In this document: piece by piece, positions 18,558 through 25,824 of the stretch
Numbering within the stretch: position 1 is the stretch's first letter
Layout: each line of letters opens with the position of its first letter
IMG/VR virus record: IMGVR_UViG_3300030376_003034
Location: 1 to 40,682 of that record
DNA from: a virus
Taxonomy: Duplodnaviria; Caudoviricetes
Strand: one strand, 5' to 3'
DNA length: 40,682 nucleotides
Translations under genes and position numbers: made by a program
Notes under the pieces: model-generated
Told to the model about the DNA's origin: nothing
What the model saw: only the letters and a program-made list of their open reading frames with translations
The model's database searches: none

Positions 18558-20183
18558 TTAGACCCTGCCTGTGGTAGTTATATCCACATCAAAGCCAGAG
18601 AACTGAAAGTCTTTATAATCATTACTTCCTACAGTCATTTTGTAGCTCAGGTATCTGCCGGCAGCCCTTGCATCAATTTTATAGTCACTGCTGATGTCGA
18701 AAGTTACTGACGCAGTGTAGTTTGGGTTCTGGTTAGGTATATCTGAGGCACCAAACTCCAGAGAAACTGTGGTATCTGATGTATTCTTTGTGGATATTTG
18801 CGGCAGCATTCTAGTTACTACCTTATAGCCATCTAGAGGCTCTCTAATCTCGTCTAAATCAACGCCTACACGCTCAAGTACTATTGGTTTTGTAGCTGTA
18901 GCATCTAAGTCAAGTGCTACTGAGCCTTCATCAGCCAAGTCTAGGGCCCATAGCTTGCTGGATGCTATGCTGTTAGCAGCGTCCTGATTACCTACCATAA
19001 GGGTATGCCGGTTAAAGCTGTCCTCTTGGTCATAATACGAGCCACCTGTAGCAGCATAGGTGCTTGTTGCATTGGCATAGGTCGCAACTGAATTTACGTT
19101 TGCCTCAGCTCCTGCTGACACATTAGGCAAATCAATGAATGACCAGCAGTCATTCTTGTAATTGTAAACTGCAGCGCGGTTGCAGCGAGCTGTGTCTGGG
19201 AAGTTAACCAGACTGTCACCTGATTGATAACAAAAGTATACCTCAGATAACTCATCGTTGTGCTGCACAAAGCATCTGTCTGCATTCTTCTTGTTTAGCC
19301 CTTGGAATACAAACTGGCGTACTTTTTGGTCAGCAATAGACTGGCGTGTTACACCATCTGTTACATAAATATCTGTATTACCAAATACAAAATGTTTGTT
19401 TTCAATCTCAACAACACAATTCTGATTAATGACACCTTCATCACCAAACAGTTTACGAAAGTTAAAAATGAATGTACCGCCAACAAACTCCATCAGGATT
19501 GCTTCAGATTCACTATAAATAACGAAGTTAGTGCCAAGCTCGCGACCATCCACAATGGGGGTTTGCATCTGCACTAGGTCATTAAAGCCAGCTGATTTAG
19601 TTGTATCTGTCTCATCCCATGAATCTGGTACAGAGTTAGCATCTACCAGATTTGAGAAACGTACTCTGTTAGGGAAAGTGTTGACACCTTCTGTGGTGCC
19701 TAAGGCAAGCAGGAAGTCACCAAACGGCCTGAGTGCATTAGTGCGGTGGTTGCTGGGCCAGTTGGGAAGGTCAGCAAAATTGGTGCCCAGTGGGGCCCTA
19801 TATACAGGCACCCTGTCTGGTCTGTTAATGTAGGTTACGTCAGCCAGTGAGCATAAGGTAAACGGACGTGGGTCTGTTGAGCCAGTGATAGAGCCTGACC
19901 TATTTGTAAAACTGCCAGCTTGATATTCGTAAATCTCGTATTCATCGGAGACAACCAAAACACTGTCAAAGCCAGTTGAAGGTGTAACACCAAAAGCACC
20001 TCTTGGGTCAAACCCCATGCTGTCTTTTGCTGTTCTAAAGACTGGTGAGCGTTTTACGCTGCCATCATCAAAGCGCACATTAACTGCCTTGGTGAAACCT
20101 GTTATTGGCAGGTTGTAGGGATTAGTGTCAGTTATAACACCTGTCTGGCCTAGGTTACGGATAGGGAGTGTTGTCTGTGGCAT
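18558..20183 (-). CDS. Tail nozzle / head-stabilisation protein (P22 gp10-like role)
   Basis: 541 aa beta-rich; 'NVRF.DG', 'RVRFS', 'AVYNY..D.WS', C-terminal 'GRYLS'. Confidence 0.65.
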   Translation of the reverse strand: MPQTTLPIRNLGQTGVITDTNPYNLPITGFTKAVNVRFDDGSVKRSPVFRTAKDSMGFDPRGAFGVTPSTGFDSVLVVSDEYEIYEYQAGSFTNRSGSITGSTDPRPFTLCSLADVTYINRPDRVPVYRAPLGTNFADLPNWPSNHRTNALRPFGDFLLALGTTEGVNTFPNRVRFSNLVDANSVPDSWDETDTTKSAGFNDLVQMQTPIVDGRELGTNFVIYSESEAILMEFVGGTFIFNFRKLFGDEGVINQNCVVEIENKHFVFGNTDIYVTDGVTRQSIADQKVRQFVFQGLNKKNADRCFVQHNDELSEVYFCYQSGDSLVNFPDTARCNRAAVYNYKNDCWSFIDLPNVSAGAEANVNSVATYANATSTYAATGGSYYDQEDSFNRHTLMVGNQDAANSIASSKLWALDLADEGSVALDLDATATKPIVLERVGVDLDEIREPLDGYKVVTRMLPQISTKNTSDTTVSLEFGASDIPNQNPNYTASVTFDISSDYKIDARAAGRYLSYKMTVGSNDYKDFQFSGFDVDITTTGRV

Positions 20184-20194
20184 TACTACCCCCT

Positions 20195-20920
20195 CTAATT
20201 CGGTTGTAAGACGTTTGTTAAACCTGTTAATCCAGAAATCATTACTGAGCCTTTACTCGCAGAGCCACCATCGGGTGCATGGGCTGAAAACCCAAACCAT
20301 CTGTGGTCGCTGTTGATGTCCTGCACAGCAAGCGTAATGATACCAGTATGATGTGAGCCACCAGTGTAAGTTATGCCTGTCAGCTGACCACTATCGGCAA
20401 AATCAATACGGTATGCCCTTCCACCGCCGGACCTGCCATTGAAAGCCGCATCCCATCTGAAGACTACTTCAGTGACGTTTGTGTCATTTGTTCCACCGTA
20501 GAGGATAACTTGACCTGTATTAGCATGGTTGTCTTCATTTTGTGAGATACCAATATTGAGCTGGGTTATGAAGTTCTTACCTGCTCGGAAGACTGGCTGA
20601 TAGTACACGGTTGATGAGCTGTGACCTAAGTTACTTGGCGCAGCTGTTGAGCTTTGCACCAGCAACCCTCTGCCATGTTGATATGGCGAAGGGAAACGGT
20701 ACTTGGCATCGAAAGAAATGTCTCTGAACTGCGTGTCCTGAGTGCCATAGAAGTCGCTGAGGCTTATTGAGCCTGAGGCTGGTACACTGGTGGTTGCCCC
20801 TGTGTCTGGAACTTCTGTTCCACCTTTGTAATATTCTGAAATCCCAACTGGGTCAGTGCCACCAAACTCAGTTTGCAGCTGCCCTAAGCTGATAGGGCCA
20901 GTTTCTGGTAATGTAGCCAT
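20195..20920 (-). CDS. Short tail fibre tip / adhesin-like protein
   Basis: 241 aa; N-terminal 'LP..G.ISL..L..EFGG...ISLSDFYG' module typical of fibre-tip proteins. Confidence 0.55.
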   Translation of the reverse strand: MATLPETGPISLGQLQTEFGGTDPVGISEYYKGGTEVPDTGATTSVPASGSISLSDFYGTQDTQFRDISFDAKYRFPSPYQHGRGLLVQSSTAAPSNLGHSSSTVYYQPVFRAGKNFITQLNIGISQNEDNHANTGQVILYGGTNDTNVTEVVFRWDAAFNGRSGGGRAYRIDFADSGQLTGITYTGGSHHTGIITLAVQDINSDHRWFGFSAHAPDGGSASKGSVMISGLTGLTNVLQPN

Positions 20921-20924
20921 GAGA

Positions 20925-21443
20925 TTAGATTCCTGAGAAGGCCGTGATGTCCTGCTCTACATCGAGTGCGCCAGCGGAGGTCATACGGATTTTGGTATCA
21001 CCACCGTACTTAAATACTAAGTTGTTGCCATCGAGCTCTATGGTCCAGCTGCCGAACTGTATGGCATTACCGTTGGTGTTCAATGTGCCACCTAGAGTGG
21101 GGCTGGTCTGAGAAGACAAAGCTGATGAACTAGCAAAGTCAGTGATGCCTGTGAGGGCATTTAAGTTGGCTGCGGTTACAGTACAGCCATCTAAGATGTT
21201 GAGCTCAGCTACAGTAGCCGTGATGCCATCCAAGGTATTTAACTCAGCAGTGGTGGCTGTAATGCCATCCATGGTGTTCAGTTCTGCCTGTGTTGCGGTA
21301 ATTGCACCTGTGATACTAGGAAACGTGGCTTTGATAGTACTCTTGATCAGCCGCATGTGGTCATCGGCCTGTGCGAGACCATCAGTTGCAGCTGGGTTGG
21401 TAGCTACAAGTCCATCTATGTAAGTGGAAGTCTCTAATGGCAT
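20925..21443 (-). CDS. Short tail fibre / tail structural protein
   Basis: 172 aa; 'DDHMRLIK', tandem 13-aa ITAT.AELN.LDG repeats; GAGGA RBS. Confidence 0.6.
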   Translation of the reverse strand: MPLETSTYIDGLVATNPAATDGLAQADDHMRLIKSTIKATFPSITGAITATQAELNTMDGITATTAELNTLDGITATVAELNILDGCTVTAANLNALTGITDFASSSALSSQTSPTLGGTLNTNGNAIQFGSWTIELDGNNLVFKYGGDTKIRMTSAGALDVEQDITAFSGI

Positions 21444-21471
21444 AAGATTGTCCTCTGATTAAAAAGGTCTG

Positions 21472-21494
21472 ACAACAACAACAACAACAGCAAC
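21472..21494. repeat. (ACA)6 microsatellite in the leader of the first structural gene
   Basis: acaacaacaacaacaacagcaac. Confidence 0.85.
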
Positions 21495-21740
21495 CTTTAG
21501 CTTTGTTTTGAAATTGACGATTGTTATTGACCCATGGGGGTCTGATATCTGGCAGATGGTACCAGCTGCAGCAGCTGCTAACAGCTAACTGGCTGTAAAC
21601 TATGGATATCCTAACGTTGCTGACTGATAATCAGCAGCGTCTTTCAGTCCCAGCCTTACAGACATTAGGGACATTAGCGAACATTATTAGAGTGAGGTCA
21701 TTTGTCTTTAATGCAAATCGGGACCTCAGCAACCAATAGT

Positions 21741-21820
21741 CAACCCAAGTCAACCTAAGTCAACTTAAGTAAACCTAAGCTGACTTGCAGTAACTTGCAG
21801 TGACCTGCAGTTTTCTGCAG
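21741..21820. repeat. Eight imperfect 10-bp tandem units
   Basis: caacccaagt caacctaagt caacttaagt aaacctaagc / tgacttgcag taacttgcag tgacctgcag ttttctgcag. Confidence 0.85.
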
Positions 21821-21898
21821 CCATGGAATCAAATGCAAGTGAGCAGACTTTAGTCAGCATACTACCGCTTGTCACCTTAGGTCTCTTTAGTATATCTA

Positions 21899-21914
21899 TA
21901 GGGTGGGACACCTT
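21899..21914 (-). promoter_or_regulatory. Phage RNAP promoter AAGGTGTCCCACCCTA, here followed by TAG; faces the structural module
   Basis: Exact 16-mer also at 30651, 33204 and 37556; CAC..TATAG end resembles T7/SP6 promoters. Confidence 0.8.
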
Positions 21915-21993
21915 TAGCTTGTCCTTAACTATGAGCCACACAGGGATTATAGCACTTGTAACCTTAGTGCACACTGTGTGGCTCACCCATCAC

Positions 21994-22224
21994 TTATGTT
22001 AAGTGGCCTTTTGTTGTCTCTTCTTCTTCTTCTTTAGCTACGTTCCTACATAGCTTGCTTCTGACGCTGCTCATAGGCAGCTCAGTGAGTATGGCTGTAG
22101 ACATTTCATCTAGCCTCTTTCTACAAGCAGTTATGTTGGTGTAGGGACCACGTTTGTCCTCAGCAACCAGACACTGAGGACCATTGAATCCAATGAAGCA
22201 GAACAGGAGTGATGCATAGAACAT
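21994..22224 (-). CDS. Small 4-Cys protein with hydrophobic N-terminus (76 aa)
   Basis: AAGGAG RBS; MFYASLLFCFIG...C...GPY....C...C. Confidence 0.65.
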   Translation of the reverse strand: MFYASLLFCFIGFNGPQCLVAEDKRGPYTNITACRKRLDEMSTAILTELPMSSVRSKLCRNVAKEEEEETTKGHLT

Positions 22225-22227
22225 GGG

Positions 22228-22374
22228 TCACTCCTTGTTGGCTTGAGGTATACTGGTACCCGTAAGCCTCTTCTGCTCACGCAGCCCACATATAGCGCAG
22301 TACCACACACCGTTAAGTACGATGCATGGCTTACACTTGGGGTCAACGCAGTGTTGATATCTTGGGTGGGTCAT
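22228..22374 (-). CDS. Small zinc-finger-like protein (48 aa)
   Basis: Not in the ORF track; ATGA overlap with the RNR stop; MTHPRYQHCVDPKCKPCIVLNGVWYCAICGLREQ...; fills the gap. Confidence 0.6.
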   Translation of the reverse strand: MTHPRYQHCVDPKCKPCIVLNGVWYCAICGLREQKRLTGTSIPQANKE

Positions 22375-24326
22375 GAAGCTATCCTCTCTTCTATGTCCAC
22401 TACCTCACAGACACCTGCACTACAGGCCAGCTCTTGGCTGCCTTTAGTGTTGTCTGTGGTCTCGTATGCAGCCAGATGTGTCCAGTCGATGCGTATAGGC
22501 ATTGCCTCTATGAGTGCATCTATGTCCTCGATGGTTGCATCTTGGTAGGGTGCTTGTTGGTAGGTGTGGTCGGAGTGAGGCAGGAAACTGATGCCTGAGC
22601 ACACATCGAAGTGCTCATAAACCCATGCTCCAACATGCATCCACTCATGGTCTCTCACTGAGATAGTCACTGATGGCTTATGCTCACACCAGTATCGTGC
22701 ATAGGTTAGCCACAGCTCCAGCTGCTCAAGGGCAGTCATGTCGTTGCGTGTCACACTGTTCAGTGGTGCCTTGATGGGGAAACTAAAGACAGTAGTGGTG
22801 TCTGGTTTCATGACACAGGGCTCATTGACTATGCCTTGGTCCTTCATGAACTGGGTCAATGGGTCCTTGTTGTCACCACGTACTGTGCGGATGTACATGT
22901 CGCTGTGTCTGGCGTGAATACCAGATGCGCTATCTACCAGCTGCGATACTGTCCCACTTGGCTTCACACATGTGATAGCTGTGGACCTAGGTATGCCCAG
23001 CTCAGCTGCTACCTCTTCATTGATGCGTACAGCCTCACCCTTCATCTGACCTAGAGCCCAACCGAAGTTCTCACCATACACTGCATCCTTACCAGACAGC
23101 AGCTGGTTGTCCATGATACCTGTAAGGCTAACACCCAGCAGCCGTTCCTCAGCTGTGTTGTCGTGCCAAATGGGGCGCAGGTACTGAATGTTGGTTAATG
23201 TTGACTGCCATGTGCCTAGCTTGGTAGCCAGCCGCACCTTGCGCTCTAAGTCACTGACCTTGTCACCGGCCTTCACAACTACCTCAGTCAAGTTACAGAA
23301 CTGGTAGGGTCTCAGGATAATCTCTGAGCATGGGTTGGTACCGAAGTCATGGTCTACGTCACGCCTCTTGTTCTCAGCTGCTTTCTTCTTTGCAGCCTCA
23401 CGGTTGAACATGCCGCGCTCACCTGACTTTGATTCAACAAGTGATAGCCACTCCCTCATGAATGTCTCCATGTCGGGCTTGTGCTTGTAGGTAGCTGAGT
23501 TGTTAGCCAAGGCTCTGTGTGGTGTATCCTTCCACCATTCGCCACCCTTGGCGTGTCTCATCTGGTCATCATTGAGGTTAGACAAGCTGATGAGTGCGCT
23601 GCGGCGAACACCACCTACGACAACTATCTCACCTATCTTACATGCAATGTCATGTGCCTCGATGGGATACAGGCGTCTGCCGGCAGCCTTGCGAAATGTA
23701 GACACAGTGAACTTGAACAGGTCAGCCAGTGGCTGTGGGCCGCTGCTGCGTCCACCAAAAGTCTTCAAACGTGCACCAGCTGGCCTCAGGCTCGTCAGGT
23801 CCCACTTAGGAACCTTGCCTTGATACAGCATCTGGATTAGTGACTTGAACGCCGTAGCCCAGCCCTCTTTACTGTCTTCTACTTTCATGGTCACAGTCAC
23901 GTCCTGCATGTTAGCAGGGATGATTGGCAATTGATCTACAGCATTGCGCTCACAACTGAACCCAACACCTGTGCCACACATAAGTATGTACAGCATCTCA
24001 TCAAAAGCCCGTGGGTCATCTAATGGCAGGTAGCTGCAGTTGTAGGCAGCCACATGGTTGCGCTCCAGAGCTGGACCAGCAGTCATCAGTGCTCTCATGC
24101 TGGGCATAACGTCTAAGTTTAAGATAGCTGTGTGCAGCTCATCGTATTCATCAACAGACACTACATAGCCGTGCTTCTCTTCTAGCCACTCAGTCATGTA
24201 GTCCATGTAGCGTGTTACAGTCTCAGGCCAGTCTTCTCTGCGTCCCTCTTCCTCTATCCAGCGAGCATACCTGCTTTTGTGAATGAAGCTCTGATAATCA
24301 GTTGGTAGAAAGTTTGATATAGTCAT
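22371..24326 (-). CDS. nrdJ: Class II (adenosylcobalamin-dependent) ribonucleotide reductase
   Basis: 651 aa; 'AYNC', 'GGVRRSA', 'TNPCSEI', 'TCVKPSGT', C-terminal 'CSAGVC'; no NrdB-like gene seen in the genome. Confidence 0.88.
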   Translation of the reverse strand: MTISNFLPTDYQSFIHKSRYARWIEEEGRREDWPETVTRYMDYMTEWLEEKHGYVVSVDEYDELHTAILNLDVMPSMRALMTAGPALERNHVAAYNCSYLPLDDPRAFDEMLYILMCGTGVGFSCERNAVDQLPIIPANMQDVTVTMKVEDSKEGWATAFKSLIQMLYQGKVPKWDLTSLRPAGARLKTFGGRSSGPQPLADLFKFTVSTFRKAAGRRLYPIEAHDIACKIGEIVVVGGVRRSALISLSNLNDDQMRHAKGGEWWKDTPHRALANNSATYKHKPDMETFMREWLSLVESKSGERGMFNREAAKKKAAENKRRDVDHDFGTNPCSEIILRPYQFCNLTEVVVKAGDKVSDLERKVRLATKLGTWQSTLTNIQYLRPIWHDNTAEERLLGVSLTGIMDNQLLSGKDAVYGENFGWALGQMKGEAVRINEEVAAELGIPRSTAITCVKPSGTVSQLVDSASGIHARHSDMYIRTVRGDNKDPLTQFMKDQGIVNEPCVMKPDTTTVFSFPIKAPLNSVTRNDMTALEQLELWLTYARYWCEHKPSVTISVRDHEWMHVGAWVYEHFDVCSGISFLPHSDHTYQQAPYQDATIEDIDALIEAMPIRIDWTHLAAYETTDNTKGSQELACSAGVCEVVDIEERIAS

Positions 24327-24637
24327 CTGTTGTCACCATTCCCTTGCAGCTTTCCTCTAGCTGCTCTGTCTATTAGTTTCTGTATGTTTGATTCAGCTGC
24401 TGCATCCAAGCTGAGGTGCAGGTCTGTGGCTAAAGCAGCCAAGTACCAGAGCACGTCACCTAACTCTCCCTGCAGGGCTTCACGGTCATAAGGCGTACCG
24501 TCCCTGACCGTCTTCTTGAGTTTGTTCAACAGCTCACCCACTTCCCCAGCCAGACCCATTGCTGGGTATGTAACTTTGTGGTCATTTGGATATATTGCTG
24601 TGGCAGACGCTTTGCGTTGATAATCATGTAAGTCCAC
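24323..24637 (-). CDS. MazG-like nucleoside triphosphate pyrophosphohydrolase
   Basis: 'GLAGEVGE...ELGDVLWYL' ExxE...ExxD motif. Confidence 0.85.
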   Translation of the reverse strand: MDLHDYQRKASATAIYPNDHKVTYPAMGLAGEVGELLNKLKKTVRDGTPYDREALQGELGDVLWYLAALATDLHLSLDAAAESNIQKLIDRAARGKLQGNGDNR

Positions 24638-24881
24638 AGCCGCCCCTCTCCATCTTGATGAGCCGCTGCAGATACCATTCAGCTTTCTCTAAGTCTTGGA
24701 TGCCGCCCTTGTATTCGTAACGCCATAAGTATTTGAGAATTGCCCCACGGTAGTAGTGGGCTAGGTTGTCACCTAACATGCCGTCAATAGCATCTATGCA
24801 TTCCATGCTTTCTGTTTGCGTGTAATGCTCAGGGCTGTTCACGTTGTCTTTCTCTACATAAGTTTCACCGTTATATTTCAT
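24624..24881 (-). CDS. DUF3310 / T7 gp1.7-like putative nucleotide kinase
   Basis: 'DNVNSP.HY', 'ECIDAI', 'KYLWR...K.G..DL.KA.WYL'. Confidence 0.8.
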   Translation of the reverse strand: MKYNGETYVEKDNVNSPEHYTQTESMECIDAIDGMLGDNLAHYYRGAILKYLWRYEYKGGIQDLEKAEWYLQRLIKMERGGCGLT

Positions 24882-25609
24882 GCTGCTGGCTCCCAGAGAA
24901 TTGGCTTGTGGTCAGTGTGGTTCCAATCAGACCAGCGAAGGATACGGGCCATGCGAGCTTGCATGATTGCATCATCACGGGTCAGACCTACTCTTGTGAA
25001 AGCTCTCTCCACATCTCTCCACGCTGGGCGTGGTCCAAGGATAGTTTCTGCTCTCTTTGCACCTATAGTGGGGCAGCCGGCATAACCGTCTGTACTGTCA
25101 CCTGTAAGTGTCTGGGTATAGAACCACCTGTCTGCATCCTGCTCGCTAATCTCAAGCCGTTCATCAGTATGGGGTCTGTATAATTTGCAAGGGATAGTCT
25201 TGAGGTCCTTGTCATCAGAGACCACAATGCACTTACCTTTGTTTTCAGGTTGGGTAGCTAAGATGCCTAACACATCATCAGCCTCTAGCCCTTCACGCTC
25301 AACTGATGGCAATATCTCTTTGAGGTATGCAATTAGTGACGCATAGCCTAGTGGCTTACGTGTCTTCTTCCTGCCTGACTTGTATGTGGGATTAAGGTCT
25401 TTTCTAAAGTTAGACTTACTGCTGAAACACAACAGCATGTTCTCCGTACCACATGCCTCTGTCATCTTCTTTAGTTCTTCTCTGAAGATACGTTTGGCAG
25501 CTTTCATATCGGTGGTTAGGGACCATACATCATCACCCCAGTCTATTTCTTCTTCGGTTGCTAACACACTGCGGTATGCATATATGTCAGCATCAATCAA
25601 TAACTTCAT
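24878..25609 (-). CDS. 5'-3' exonuclease (T7 gp6-like)
   Basis: 'LLIDAD', 'YK.GR', 'LEADDV', 'DKDL', 'GDSTDGY.GCP.IG'. Confidence 0.9.
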   Translation of the reverse strand: MKLLIDADIYAYRSVLATEEEIDWGDDVWSLTTDMKAAKRIFREELKKMTEACGTENMLLCFSSKSNFRKDLNPTYKSGRKKTRKPLGYASLIAYLKEILPSVEREGLEADDVLGILATQPENKGKCIVVSDDKDLKTIPCKLYRPHTDERLEISEQDADRWFYTQTLTGDSTDGYAGCPTIGAKRAETILGPRPAWRDVERAFTRVGLTRDDAIMQARMARILRWSDWNHTDHKPILWEPAA

Positions 25610-25808
25610 GATTCACTCCTTTAAGCCACTCAAACCCTTCATCAGTAATCATCCAATGATTGGTGAAGTGGTCTTCGTTTAGCCGTAATGTTATGAGGCC
25701 CATTGAGGCAGCAATGCCGATATACTGGGCTTGTTCTCTGGCGAACCTGCTCTTAACCAAAGGCGGATCATCAGCCGCTTTGAGCACACATAAAAAAAGC
25801 CGCATCAT
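25593..25808 (-). CDS. Hypothetical protein (about 71 aa)
   Basis: Fills the gap between polymerase and exonuclease; ATG 25808 avoids a 116-nt overlap with the polymerase; start uncertain. Confidence 0.55.
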   Translation of the reverse strand: MMRLFLCVLKAADDPPLVKSRFAREQAQYIGIAASMGLITLRLNEDHFTNHWMITDEGFEWLKGVNHEVID

Positions 25809-25824
25809 GGCGGCATTCTCTTCG

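Noticed and set aside
21741-21820. Repeat array as a mini-CRISPR
   Set aside because: Units are 10 bp, contiguous and have no spacers; no cas genes
21765-21986. 73-aa minus-strand ORF
   Set aside because: It runs through a hairpin, a promoter and the repeat array, with no RBS; better explained as non-coding
22131-22346. 71-aa minus-strand ORF
   Set aside because: It overlaps two better ORFs (22228-22374 and 21994-22224) that tile the region with coupling and an RBS
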